Assembly (NCBI GenBank): GCA_031426555.1 | Contig: JANPLN010000030.1 | Location: 1-64,000 of the forward strand | Direction of reading: 5' to 3' | DNA from: Bdellovibrionales bacterium | GTDB lineage: Bacteria > Bdellovibrionota > Bdellovibrionia > Bdellovibrionales > JAGQZY01 | Length of the DNA: 64,000 nt | Shown here: positions 19,148 to 28,853 of the stretch, one piece after another | How positions within the stretch are numbered: the first letter of the stretch is position 1 | Layout: each line of letters opens with the position of its first letter | Notes under the pieces: generated by a model | Seen by the model: only the letters and a program-made list of their open reading frames with translations | The model's database searches: none | What the model was told of the DNA's origin: nothing | Translations under genes and position numbers: made by a program

Positions 19148-19919
19148 CCATTTCTCCTAGGCGCACCCAAACTGAAATATTTTGGGCAATGGGTTGCAGC
19201 CATTGAGCGAAGCGAATGAAGCCCGCATGTCGCAAAATCATATCTAAAGAAACTTTTTTGTGCGGACTCCACGTGTTCACACAGCGCCAGCCGTGCCGCT
19301 CCCAAAGGAGCACAAGGCCTTTACGAGAGTAAAACACCCAGTGGTCGGGAACATTATGCGGCCAAAGAGAACCCATACAATAACGACTTATCGAGTCCGC
19401 TCGGGGCAAAACCACCAGAGCCCGTGTCCCTTTTCGCACGACTCTGTCGAGGTCTTCGAGATGTTCCTGGGGCGCTAATAGATGTTCAAACGAGTCCAAA
19501 TAAAATAAAACATCAAACAGGTTCGAAAACCGAGCAATATCGGTGGCAAGACGCTGTTTGCTAAAGTTCCGCTCGGCGAGTCTTTCTACAGCGGAGCCAT
19601 GGGCCTCAAGGCCGAAAACCCGATCGTGCTGTTTTGCTAAATGCTCAAGCACAGCACCTCCGCCAAACCCGATCTCCAAGATCACTTCTTTTTTTCCGAG
19701 GGAAAGCTGACTGTCTTTTAAAAAGCGGATGAAGGTTTCGACTTTTGCTGTCTGAATGGCGCCATCGTAATGACCGCGATCCTGCTGATAGGATTCTGTA
19801 TATTTGAACTCGCGACGATGGGGAACAACCTCGGTTCCGCAGGAGAGACAGCCATAGAGGTCTAACGTTTGATTCCACTGATCTGATTGACAGGCGGGGC
19901 ATAACATTTTGTTAGCCAT
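19125..19919 (-). CDS. Class I SAM-dependent methyltransferase with an N-terminal Zn ribbon
   Basis: CPAC...CLSC, ILEIGFGGG, FEHL, PDH. Confidence 0.85.
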   Translation of the reverse strand: MANKMLCPACQSDQWNQTLDLYGCLSCGTEVVPHRREFKYTESYQQDRGHYDGAIQTAKVETFIRFLKDSQLSLGKKEVILEIGFGGGAVLEHLAKQHDRVFGLEAHGSAVERLAERNFSKQRLATDIARFSNLFDVLFYLDSFEHLLAPQEHLEDLDRVVRKGTRALVVLPRADSISRYCMGSLWPHNVPDHWVFYSRKGLVLLWERHGWRCVNTWSPHKKVSLDMILRHAGFIRFAQWLQPIAQNISVWVRLGEMGVVFEKL

Positions 19920-21096
19920 TTTTAATCTCGACCGAGGATTGCCCGCGGGGAGCTAAAATGGCCCAGCTTCGTTGTTGATGCGATATCTCAGGCGCAAATA
20001 GAGCCGAAATACAAAGATTTTTACCTTGGCAGGGAGGGGTATCGGCAAAATGCACGCAAGGAGAGCAGCTTACTTTGTTGTAAAAAATTAAATCCTCGCC
20101 ATTGTTTCGTGGCATCAACCGCGTGCCCGGGTCTGTGGGGCCCCAAAAACTCACGGTGTCTTTTCCAAGGAGTCGTGCCAGATGTAGCAGCCCGGAATCT
20201 ATTCCTAAAAATCGCTTGCTTTGCCCAATTCGACGAATGGTTCCCGAAAGGGCATGGGCACCACATTCGTTTTGGCAAATCAACCCCAAGGTCTTTTCAA
20301 TTTCTTTTTTGAGGACGTCTCCAGCTTCGAAATCATTGCGACTTCCCAGCAAAATGATTTTTGTATTTTCTGGCACTCCCACTTTCTGCAAAGCCGCTGT
20401 CCATTGTTGAGGAGTGAGCTGTCGCTCGCGGGCGTGGTCCGAGCACGCAAACGAAAGACTCCATTCCCCGTCGCCGGTGGTGATAGAATGCGATCTTCGA
20501 AACGCCAAGGATGCGTGATCAAAATGTTTGGCAGGTACTCCCGGTAGCGAAATCAGCGAGCTGTAAAAATCGGCCGAGCACGAATACGTGTTGTAAAAAA
20601 CCAAATGCGTATAGAGGTTCAGTCGCCAGTAAACAGTTTCTTTAAAAAAGCCCAAGCGGTTGCGGGCAAGCGTGAGCAGACTGAGAAGTGTCGTGCCACG
20701 ACTGTGAATTTCGAGATCAATGCACGTATCTATGCGAAACATGGTGGAGGCTAAAAATAGGAACGTGCTCCAAAGCAGCGTGAGCAAATTGCGATCGTTG
20801 ATCACATAAATACGATCGAAAATCTTCAACTCACGGGCAAAGGGAACCACCGCAGGGGTGGTGACAATGATCAGTTGCCCGCCACCAGCGAGCTTTTCTT
20901 TCAAAGATACCAAGGCCGGGTAGGCGAGGAGCAAAGATCCACCACCAATCAGCTTCATGATTAAAATACGTCCGCGGGGCTGTAAGTCATGGGAGCGGCG
21001 AAGAATTTTGCCAATGAAAACCACAAAGGGTTTCAAAAAAAAGATGGTGATGCCACCCAAAAATAGGTCGAGGCGTTTTTTTCGCTGAAGCTGCAC
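19912..21096 (-). CDS. Glycosyltransferase family 9 (heptosyltransferase-like)
   Basis: IDSGLLHLA, VSFWGPTDP, CSPC...C...C tail. Confidence 0.88.
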   Translation of the reverse strand: MQLQRKKRLDLFLGGITIFFLKPFVVFIGKILRRSHDLQPRGRILIMKLIGGGSLLLAYPALVSLKEKLAGGGQLIIVTTPAVVPFARELKIFDRIYVINDRNLLTLLWSTFLFLASTMFRIDTCIDLEIHSRGTTLLSLLTLARNRLGFFKETVYWRLNLYTHLVFYNTYSCSADFYSSLISLPGVPAKHFDHASLAFRRSHSITTGDGEWSLSFACSDHARERQLTPQQWTAALQKVGVPENTKIILLGSRNDFEAGDVLKKEIEKTLGLICQNECGAHALSGTIRRIGQSKRFLGIDSGLLHLARLLGKDTVSFWGPTDPGTRLMPRNNGEDLIFYNKVSCSPCVHFADTPPCQGKNLCISALFAPEISHQQRSWAILAPRGQSSVEIKNG

Positions 21097-21302
21097 TTAA
21101 AAATGGTAGCAACGACCTAAGGGGCTGTCACTCTGAATGAATCTAAGATTCGATCCAGCGGGGCCATCGCTCAACCGCGACCTTGGTCGAGAAGGGGCTG
21201 CCTTTGCCTTGGCAAACAAATCCTGTTTTAGACTTCAGTTTTTTCATATTTCCGGGTTAACATTGTTAGGGGCGCGACAGACTCTTGGGGGAGTTTAAAA
21301 AC

Positions 21303-23744
21303 ATGATGTTTCTTTTCACATTGATTTCTCTTTTAAAAGCCGTCGAACCGCACCCCGCGGTCTCGTGGGAACAACTGCTGCAAGAGGGACGGTATGAAGA
21401 GTCGTATTCTGTGGCAAAGCAACAACTCTCAGGATCGTACACGGATTTTTATCTCGGCTTGATTTCGCAAAAAAATAAAAAATGGGAGGTGAGTCTCGAA
21501 CATCTCACCAAGGCTCAGTCGCAAAGTCCTGATGTCTTAGATTATGTGGCCATCTCGCGCGGAATTTCGCTTTTCGAAACTGGCAATTTTCAAAAAGCCT
21601 TGGACGAATTTACGTCGGCCGAAAAACAAGCCCGCACAAAATACACCGCGGATGTGGCGCGCTTCTATCAGTCCGAAACTCTTGTGGAGCTGAAGCAATG
21701 GAAAAAAGCCGAGCCCTTGTATCAAAAGAATCTCAAGCGTTTGCAGCGCACGGGTTTTTATTCGTCAGTGCTGTGGGGTTACCTTGCAACACAAGTCAAA
21801 AACCATAAAAACCAAAAGATCTGTCGCTATTCGAAAGAACTCTATCTTAAATTCCCAGCCTACGAAAAAATCGCCGACTGGGGAATCCGTCATCACGAAA
21901 ACGCAGTTCTAGGTCAAAAACTCAACTGTTTAGTGACCCTGGCCGAGCAAAAAATGCGTGTGCAGCGGTTGCTCTGGGCGGGCCTCGAAGACAAAGCCTC
22001 TAAAGAAATTCAAGATTTACAAAAACGTGCCAGCCCTGAAGCGCGCTACGAAGTGGACCAGCTGTATGTGAGCTATCAATTGCATGAGGGGCATGTGGAC
22101 GAAGCCCTCAAAACACTGTTGTCGTATCAAAAAGAAAAGGAAAACGACAACGACTACTTGATGAATTTGGGACGCGTGTATTCGCGAACAAACACTCCGC
22201 AAAAAGGCATCGAGGCCTACTACCGTGCGTACCAAGTAGCGGTGAGGCCGCAAGTGGCCGCGGCCTCCTTGTTTCAGTCGGGCTTTGCAAGCTATGTGGT
22301 GCACGATTATGAGTCCGCTTCGGCAAAATTTAAAGAGTACTCCACCAAGTATCCAGCGGGCAAAATGGCCACTGACAGTTTGTGGTATCAAGCGTGGCTT
22401 CAGTATTTACAAAAAGACTACGTACAGGCCGAAAAATCTTTCTTTCAAATTTCAGAACATAAAAAGAGCAAGCCGCGTTTATGGCAAGATCACAAAGAAG
22501 ATAAAATTAATTATTGGATGGCCATGAGCTTGCTCCGCCAGGAAAAAAAGCGCGAGGCCTACGAAATTTTCACCCGCATGACCCATGATGAGTCTGTGGG
22601 CTATTATTCTGTGGCAGCCTATCAGCGCTCGCAACAATTGCTCAACCAAATGGGAACCAAACTTGCACAAAGAACTCCCGCAAGCGCCAGCAGTAATGCC
22701 AGTAATAATGGCAACGGCGTTTTATTGCCAGGCATTCACGAAAACTGGTGGTTGTCGGATGCGGTGGCCACCGGCGACGGCGACAAAGATCGCGACGAGA
22801 GCGAAGAAACGCTAACGCAGTTACCAGATCCCTTTGAACAAAAAGTGGATGCGATGTTGAGCGCCGAAGAGGTGGTCGAAGACGAATTTCCCGAGGGCGA
22901 AACTTCACCGGAGCAAAACCTTTCCCAGGACATGAAAGCTGTGTATTTTAACAATATCGAAAAGTCCCTGCAGCGCGCGCGCGTGCTGTCTCGAGTGGGG
23001 ATGTGGGACTTTGCGTATCGCGAAGTTTTGGATGCCGAAGGAAAAAAACTTTCGCAGTTTCAAAAACAGTGGCTTCTGCAAGCCCATCAGTCAGTGCATT
23101 CCTACAATCGTTCGGTGATTTTAGCATCGCACTTCTTTGAAGATCAAGCGGTGAAAATGGGTTTGCACCACGGCAGTGATTATTGGACCTATTCTTATCC
23201 CAAGGCCTACGAAAAATGGGTCACCGATCAAAGCCAAAGCCTCAAAATCCCTGCGGAGTTTGTGTGGAGTATCATGCGTGCCGAAACTATTTTCCGCGCC
23301 GACGCGATCTCGCCGGTGGGCGCTCGCGGTTTGATGCAGGTCATGCCGCGCACGGGGCGAAAATTGGCGTCGTTGATGAGTGTGAATGCTATTCAGGTAG
23401 ACGATTTGTTAAAGCCCGAAGTATCGATCCGTTTTGGCAGTTTTTATTTGCAGCGTTTGCTTAAAAAGTTTAACGGCAACATCAGTCTTGCCGCCGCCGC
23501 TTACAATGGGGGCCCGCATCGTGTGCACGCATGGATGCATTATTTTGGCGATTTGGAGCAGGATGAGTTTATCGAGCACATTCCCTATGTCGAAACCCGC
23601 AACTACGCAAAAAAAGTGACCAAGTATTTTGCGATTTATAATTTGTTGTACAAAAAGAAAACCAACGCCACGGAATTTTTAGTAAAACCCCTCGGGTTCA
23701 AAATGGAAGGCTCGGTTCCTACCATGGAGACTTGGGAGCGCTAG
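21303..23744 (+). CDS. slt: TPR-containing soluble lytic transglycosylase (Slt70-like)
   Basis: IMRAET (catalytic Glu), GARGLMQVMP, AAAYNGG, IPYVETRNYAKKV; ATG 21303 behind GGGGGAG. Confidence 0.9.
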   Translation: MMFLFTLISLLKAVEPHPAVSWEQLLQEGRYEESYSVAKQQLSGSYTDFYLGLISQKNKKWEVSLEHLTKAQSQSPDVLDYVAISRGISLFETGNFQKALDEFTSAEKQARTKYTADVARFYQSETLVELKQWKKAEPLYQKNLKRLQRTGFYSSVLWGYLATQVKNHKNQKICRYSKELYLKFPAYEKIADWGIRHHENAVLGQKLNCLVTLAEQKMRVQRLLWAGLEDKASKEIQDLQKRASPEARYEVDQLYVSYQLHEGHVDEALKTLLSYQKEKENDNDYLMNLGRVYSRTNTPQKGIEAYYRAYQVAVRPQVAAASLFQSGFASYVVHDYESASAKFKEYSTKYPAGKMATDSLWYQAWLQYLQKDYVQAEKSFFQISEHKKSKPRLWQDHKEDKINYWMAMSLLRQEKKREAYEIFTRMTHDESVGYYSVAAYQRSQQLLNQMGTKLAQRTPASASSNASNNGNGVLLPGIHENWWLSDAVATGDGDKDRDESEETLTQLPDPFEQKVDAMLSAEEVVEDEFPEGETSPEQNLSQDMKAVYFNNIEKSLQRARVLSRVGMWDFAYREVLDAEGKKLSQFQKQWLLQAHQSVHSYNRSVILASHFFEDQAVKMGLHHGSDYWTYSYPKAYEKWVTDQSQSLKIPAEFVWSIMRAETIFRADAISPVGARGLMQVMPRTGRKLASLMSVNAIQVDDLLKPEVSIRFGSFYLQRLLKKFNGNISLAAAAYNGGPHRVHAWMHYFGDLEQDEFIEHIPYVETRNYAKKVTKYFAIYNLLYKKKTNATEFLVKPLGFKMEGSVPTMETWER

Positions 23745-23793
23745 GAGATGGTGATGCGTTTTTGGTTCCATTTCCTTCTTTGATTTCTGGGGC

Positions 23794-23833
23794 CCTCTCT
23801 TTTTAAGACGCGTCCATCCCTGGACTCGCTTGC
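23794..23833 (+). repeat. Half-copy of the palindromic element at 48569-48705
   Basis: CCTCTCTTTTTAAGACGCGTCCATCCCTGGACTCGCTTGC aligns with CCTCCCTTTTAAGACGCGCCCATCCATGGACTCAGTTGC (48601-48639). Confidence 0.75.
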
Positions 23834-23892
23834 AAATCGACGATGTATACTAGGCAATTGATACAAATATGTATTTTATTATGAGGAAAGAA

Positions 23893-24156
23893 ATGGTGCT
23901 TGAGGCGTATTTTCAGAAATTAATTGACCGGGTGGAACTAGAGATTTCCAATCAGGGGAAAGATGAGAATGGATTTTTTAAGCCGACTAAAACGATTCTG
24001 GTGCGGCATTTAAGCACTCTCAAAGACTTGCACAGCAAGCCTTTGGCAAAAGATATCGTCAAAGCCTCGTGGCAGTACGTGAACGAAAATCTCCCGCCCG
24101 AGTGGTTGGTGCTCACACCCACCGAAAAAGCTGAGCTTAAAAAAATCCTGGCTTAG
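23893..24156 (+). CDS. Small helical hypothetical protein
   Basis: AGGA RBS, 87-aa ORF filling the gap; no recognised motif. Confidence 0.65.
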   Translation: MVLEAYFQKLIDRVELEISNQGKDENGFFKPTKTILVRHLSTLKDLHSKPLAKDIVKASWQYVNENLPPEWLVLTPTEKAELKKILA

Positions 24157-24158
24157 AA

Positions 24159-24206
24159 GGTACGGCAAGGGGCAAGGCGCCTTCGGCGCTTAGCTCGCTC
24201 CGTACC
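24159..24206. repeat. REP-like mini-palindrome between convergent genes
   Basis: GGTACGG...CCGTACC outer arms; inner GGCGCC-TTC-GGCGCT hairpin (GAA loop on the minus strand). Confidence 0.55.
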
Positions 24207-24207
24207 G

Positions 24208-25233
24208 TTAATTCATCTGCTGGGGAATGCGGCCGGCCATGATTTCGGCAAATGGCTGCGTGGCTTCGATGCGCATAAAGACGATTTTTAACACCGCGGT
24301 GATGGGCACCGCTAAAAACATTCCCGACAGTCCCCAAATTAACGCCCAAAACACCAAGCAGATGAGTACGGTGATGGGATGCAAATCCATAATTTCGCCA
24401 AGCACTCGCGGCTCAACGATATTGCCGATGATAAACTGCATGATTCCCAGCACCGTAAAAATCACAAAAAACTGCCAGCCAAAACCGTAGGAATAAAACA
24501 CCACCGGAAATGGAAGAGCCACAGCAATGATGGGGCCCACCGTGGGAATAAAGTTAAGCAGAATCGCCGACAAGGTAAAAATCAAAGCGAGGTCGACCTG
24601 AAAGGAACCAAGCATAATCAAAAACACGACTCCTGCCGCAAGCGCCAAGAATAGTTTTTTTATAGTGTACTCAAAAGTTTTGATCATAATGGTGCGAATC
24701 AACGGTGATTTGATCTGCGCATTTTGATCGCCCACGATCATAAAAGCTGTGTAAATCAACACCAGCGTAAGATTACCGATGATGTAGAACGTTTGCTGGG
24801 TAAAATCGCGCACGTACGACACCGGGTTGAATTCCTTGGCCTGCGCGAGAATAAATTCTTTATCGATTTGAATTCCCGCCGGTAGTTGTTCTTCGATAGA
24901 GGTTAAAATATTAGCGAGATAGTATTCGTAGCCTGTGATTCCAGTGATGAGTTGTTTCAGCGCCGGAAACATTATCACGATCACACTGACGATAACTCCC
25001 ATGACTCCGGCAATGGCCACACTGATGGCAAGAGTGCGGGGCAGCCTTAAATGAACTTGAATCCAATAAATGATAGGCGCAAAAATCGCATAGGTAAAAA
25101 TCGCAAACACAAACGGAACAAGAACCGGTTTTGTGTAAGTGAGCACGGAGGCCACAGCAATAATGGTGAGGATGACGAGACAGATCTGAATGGTTTTTGT
25201 GGCAGTAGTGATCGAAGTGGCAGATTTTAACAA
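24208..25233 (-). CDS. AI-2E family transporter
   Basis: LNFIPTVGP, GNIVEPRVLG, LHP, WGLSGMFLAVP. Confidence 0.9.
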   Translation of the reverse strand: MLKSATSITTATKTIQICLVILTIIAVASVLTYTKPVLVPFVFAIFTYAIFAPIIYWIQVHLRLPRTLAISVAIAGVMGVIVSVIVIMFPALKQLITGITGYEYYLANILTSIEEQLPAGIQIDKEFILAQAKEFNPVSYVRDFTQQTFYIIGNLTLVLIYTAFMIVGDQNAQIKSPLIRTIMIKTFEYTIKKLFLALAAGVVFLIMLGSFQVDLALIFTLSAILLNFIPTVGPIIAVALPFPVVFYSYGFGWQFFVIFTVLGIMQFIIGNIVEPRVLGEIMDLHPITVLICLVFWALIWGLSGMFLAVPITAVLKIVFMRIEATQPFAEIMAGRIPQQMN

Positions 25234-25297
25234 GGTAGGTCTCCTAGCAAGGGCTCCGTACCTAGATCATCAGAGATCTAAAAGTTAAAATCAATAT

Positions 25298-25741
25298 TTA
25301 TTGAAAAAGACCGTCGAAGAGTTGTCCAGGCTGAGTTGGAGTGATCGTCGGAGTTATTACAGAGATCTGCGATCCAAAGCTCACTGGAGTGGCTTCTGCG
25401 CTAGGTTCAAAATTTGGTTGGTTTTGTTTAACGAAGCCTGCAAATTCAACATTGTTGTCAAAGAAGCGAATTTGTCCTTCGAACTCTTCTACAAACTGAT
25501 TGATCATTTTTGGAGTGGCTTTTCGCGAGAAAATTTTGAGGTCTTCGTAGCAACCAGAAACATTGCCCGCTTGCGGTGTTGGAGCCCAGTAAGGAAGGTT
25601 GTCTTTGTTGAGAACTGCAATCATCACGTTTTCGCAGGCTTCGAACGTCGGGATTTCATGATCCATCTCATGACCTTGGATATGGTGGGCATGGGCGGTG
25701 GTGGCGAAACTTACAAACAAGAGAGTAAAAAGCGTTTTCAT
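25298..25741 (-). CDS. Secreted hypothetical protein with a His-rich mature N-terminus
   Basis: Signal peptide ending TAHA, then HHIQGHEMDHE; GAGG RBS. Confidence 0.7.
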   Translation of the reverse strand: MKTLFTLLFVSFATTAHAHHIQGHEMDHEIPTFEACENVMIAVLNKDNLPYWAPTPQAGNVSGCYEDLKIFSRKATPKMINQFVEEFEGQIRFFDNNVEFAGFVKQNQPNFEPSAEATPVSFGSQISVITPTITPTQPGQLFDGLFQ

Positions 25742-25916
25742 GTGTACCTCGTAATATGGAACAATTGATACAGAGGTTCGCGAAGAATGAAAAATTATTC
25801 GTTGGAATCATCATTCATCAGTTTTTCTTCTGCGATAATAAATTACTCAGTATGAAAGATTTTCACTAAGTAAAGGGTGATGGTGACCTTGGAATTGTGA
25901 AAAACAGGAGTACACT

Positions 25917-26174
25917 ATGCCTATGAGTAAAAATTTATGGTTTAAAAAGAAAACGTACGGGTGGGGATGGACACCCTGCAATTGGCAGGGCTTCGTTGTC
26001 GTTGGTTTGTACGTAGCCGCTTTATGTTTAACAGTCTGGTTTGTAAGAATAGGCATTTTCGAATGGACTCCAACGCAGCTCACCATAGCTATTTTCGCAG
26101 AGTTCGCTGTTTTGGTCGCTATTTCCTACGCCAAAGGCGAAAAGCCTTCCTGGAGCTGGGGCCGATCAAAATAG
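25917..26174 (+). CDS. Small two-TM membrane protein with Trp/Gly-rich termini
   Basis: WFKKKTYGWGWTPCNWQG, two hydrophobic helices, C-terminal GEKPSWSWG; AGGAG RBS. Confidence 0.75.
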   Translation: MPMSKNLWFKKKTYGWGWTPCNWQGFVVVGLYVAALCLTVWFVRIGIFEWTPTQLTIAIFAEFAVLVAISYAKGEKPSWSWGRSK

Positions 26175-26218
26175 CTTTGGGAACCAAATCACTGCCGCTA
26201 CGGCATTAGGAGCTTCAT

Positions 26219-26353
26219 CAAGTTTCAATGGTTTCTTAAAAAAGGATGGATTAAAAAGGTTTTTAAAAACGAGTTCCGCAGCGAAGCGAGGACTGTCCGA
26301 GATTTTTAAAGACCTTTTTAATCCATCCTTTTTTAAGAAACCATTGAAACTTG
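26219..26353. repeat. Giant palindromic element A
   Basis: 51-bp arms (26219-26269 / 26303-26353) with 1 mismatch; 33-bp core containing GCGAAGC; 3 bp from the ychF stop. Confidence 0.9.
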
Positions 26354-26356
26354 CGA

Positions 26357-27457
26357 CTAAACATTAAACCTGAAGAAAAGAACGTCGCCGTCTTTGACGA
26401 TATATTCTTTGCCTTCGAGGCGGTATTTGCCTGCGTCTTTCACGGCTTGTTCGCTTTTGAGGGTGAACAGGTCGGCGCAGTTGTAGGTTTCGGCGCGGAT
26501 GAAGCCTTTTTCAAAGTCAGTGTGGATGACACCTGCCGCTTGTGGAGCCTTTGTGCCCTTGCGAATGGTCCATGCGCGCACTTCTTTTTCGCCAGCGGTG
26601 AAGTAGGTTTGCAGACCTAACAGCGCATAAGCTTCGCGGATGAGGCGGTTCAGGCCGGGCTCGGTGACGCCGAGGCTTTCTAAAAACTCTTTGCGCTCTT
26701 CGACAGGCAGCTGAGCGATTTCGGCCTCCATAGAGCTACAAATGAGAATGGCCAAATTGTTTTCTTTTTTTGCAAATTCAATCACGGACTTCGACCAGTC
26801 GTTTCCGCCCTTGGTGAAATCACTTTCGCTCACGTTGCAAACGTACAACGTGGGTTTTGATGTGAGCAGATGCATCCCTTTTACGACGGGTTCGGTTTGC
26901 TCGTCGGTTTCCACAATGCGGGCCGGTTTTCCAGCTTCGAGAGCCTGTTGGACTTTTATAATGATATCAAGCTCGGCGATCTGTTTTGGATCCTTGCTGG
27001 ATTTTGCGGTTTTTTCGATGCGCTGACGGCGTTTTTCCACAGAATCAAGATCGGCGAGCATGAGTTCGGTGTTGATCACTTCGATGTCGCGAATGGGATC
27101 CACGGAGCCCGACACGTGGATCACATCGGGGTCGTCGAAGCAGCGTACAACCTGCACGATGGCGTCGGTTTGACGAATGTTTGCGAGGAACTGGTTACCC
27201 AAGCCTTCGCCTTTACTCGCGCCCTTAACGATCCCTGCGATGTCGACAAACTCGATGGTGGTGGGGATTACGCTCTGGGGTTTGATAAAGGTACATATTT
27301 GATCCAAGCGCACATCAGCCACAGTCACCACGCCCACGTTGGGGTCAATGGTGCAAAAGGGGTAGTTGGCTGCTTCGGCTTTGGCCGAAGTGAGCGCGTT
27401 GAAAAGCGTGCTTTTTCCGACGTTTGGTAATCCAACAATTCCGCACTGAAGACTCAT
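26357..27457 (-). CDS. ychF: Ribosome-binding ATPase YchF
   Basis: [48 protein letters not shown]. Confidence 0.98.
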   Translation of the reverse strand: MSLQCGIVGLPNVGKSTLFNALTSAKAEAANYPFCTIDPNVGVVTVADVRLDQICTFIKPQSVIPTTIEFVDIAGIVKGASKGEGLGNQFLANIRQTDAIVQVVRCFDDPDVIHVSGSVDPIRDIEVINTELMLADLDSVEKRRQRIEKTAKSSKDPKQIAELDIIIKVQQALEAGKPARIVETDEQTEPVVKGMHLLTSKPTLYVCNVSESDFTKGGNDWSKSVIEFAKKENNLAILICSSMEAEIAQLPVEERKEFLESLGVTEPGLNRLIREAYALLGLQTYFTAGEKEVRAWTIRKGTKAPQAAGVIHTDFEKGFIRAETYNCADLFTLKSEQAVKDAGKYRLEGKEYIVKDGDVLFFRFNV

Positions 27458-28056
27458 GGCGTGTCCTTTGGTTTTAGAGAATTAAAATAATTCGCTGTTT
27501 TGTCGTACCCTTGAAAGATTAAAGATTCAACAGCGTCGAGAGCCGTGTTTAGAAAATCTGGGAGTTGCGCGCTTTCGTCTTTGCTAAAATTGCTCAGGAC
27601 GTGATCAGCCACATCGATATTGGGATTGGTGGGGCGGCCGACGCCAAGTTTGATTCGAAAATATTTGTTGTGACCTAATTTTTCGTGGATGTCCCGAATA
27701 CCGTTATGGCCACCGTGGCCTCGGTCCTTTTGAATTTTAAGCTGAGCAAATGAAAAATCGATTTCGTCGTGCAAAACAATTATCTGACTGTGCTCGATTT
27801 TATAAAAGTCGCAAAGACTGCGCACGGGATCGCCCGAAAGGTTCATAAACTCTTGCGGTTTGCAGAAGACAACTTTCTGCGACTGTTTATTGTCCTCGGA
27901 ATGCAGAGTGAGGTGAGTGGTGAGGGCTTTTAGTTCTTTTTTTTCGGGGGGCGCGTTGACGGACTTCAGAAACGTATCCACAGCCATAAAGCCGATATTG
28001 TGGCGATTGAGAGCATATTTAGAGCCAGGATTGCCAAGACCGACGATAAGCCACAT
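27454..28056 (-). CDS. pth: Peptidyl-tRNA hydrolase
   Basis: LIVGLGNPG, RHNIGF, FMNLSG, GHGGHNG. Confidence 0.97.
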   Translation of the reverse strand: MWLIVGLGNPGSKYALNRHNIGFMAVDTFLKSVNAPPEKKELKALTTHLTLHSEDNKQSQKVVFCKPQEFMNLSGDPVRSLCDFYKIEHSQIIVLHDEIDFSFAQLKIQKDRGHGGHNGIRDIHEKLGHNKYFRIKLGVGRPTNPNIDVADHVLSNFSKDESAQLPDFLNTALDAVESLIFQGYDKTANYFNSLKPKDTP

Positions 28057-28073
28057 GTTTTCTATCCATAACG

Positions 28074-28097
28074 AAAAAAGCCCGGGTGAGCGGGCTT
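28074..28097 (-). terminator. Intrinsic terminator after rplY
   Basis: AAGCCCG/CGGGCTT stem followed by a U-tract on the minus strand. Confidence 0.7.
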
Positions 28098-28144
28098 ATG
28101 TTCAGTGAGCAAAGTCTTTTCAAATAAATGAAAAGACAAACTAA

Positions 28145-28825
28145 TTACTTCTTTTTTGCTGGTGCAGCAGCGGCAGCGGCCGGAGCAGCTGCGCCAGCGG
28201 CAGGAGCTGCGCCTGCAGCAGGAGCTGCAGCAGCCACAGTTTCAACAGCAGCTGCTTTCTCTTCGACGTAAGCAGTTACTGTTGCAAGTGTGCGTTCGCC
28301 AGGTGTTACAGCGCGAACGCCATCTGGAAGTTTAAGATCGGACACGTGGAGAGAGTTGTTCAAACGAATTTCTGTAATATCCACTTTTAAAGTTGCAGGA
28401 ATTGCTGAAGGCAAGCACTCGATTTCCATATCATGCATAATAACCTGGAAAATCCCGCCCTCTTCTTTTACGCCAGCAGCAACGCCAACGTATTCGAGAA
28501 CCACTTTTACGCGCACTTTGCGAGTCATATCGAGAGCGTAGAGATCAAGGTGCACGGGGCGGTCAGAAACCGGGTGCATCTGAATGTTTTTAATAAGAAC
28601 TTTTACGTCATTCAATGCACTCTCTTTGCTTTTCAAAGAGAAAATCGCTGATTCAAAGCGTGCGCTCAAATATTTTTTAATTACGTTCTCTTCAACGAAA
28701 ATCGTTTGATTTTTAAATTTTGGACCGTAAATCACAGTCGGAACTTTGTTTGATTTACGAGCGGAGCGAGAAAAGTGTTTTCCCACTGTGCGAGGTTCTG
28801 CATTTAAAACTAATTCTGTACTCAT
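28145..28825 (-). CDS. rplY: 50S ribosomal protein L25/Ctc
   Basis: VPTVIYG, QMHPV...HLDL, GVKEEGG, Ala/Pro-rich tail; prs-rplY-pth-ychF synteny. Confidence 0.95.
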   Translation of the reverse strand: MSTELVLNAEPRTVGKHFSRSARKSNKVPTVIYGPKFKNQTIFVEENVIKKYLSARFESAIFSLKSKESALNDVKVLIKNIQMHPVSDRPVHLDLYALDMTRKVRVKVVLEYVGVAAGVKEEGGIFQVIMHDMEIECLPSAIPATLKVDITEIRLNNSLHVSDLKLPDGVRAVTPGERTLATVTAYVEEKAAAVETVAAAAPAAGAAPAAGAAAPAAAAAAPAKKK

Positions 28826-28853
28826 AGGTCCACCTTTTTATATTTAAAATTCA

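Noticed and set aside
28150..28260. GCA/GCT-rich repeats
   Set aside because: They encode the Ala/Pro low-complexity tail of L25/Ctc
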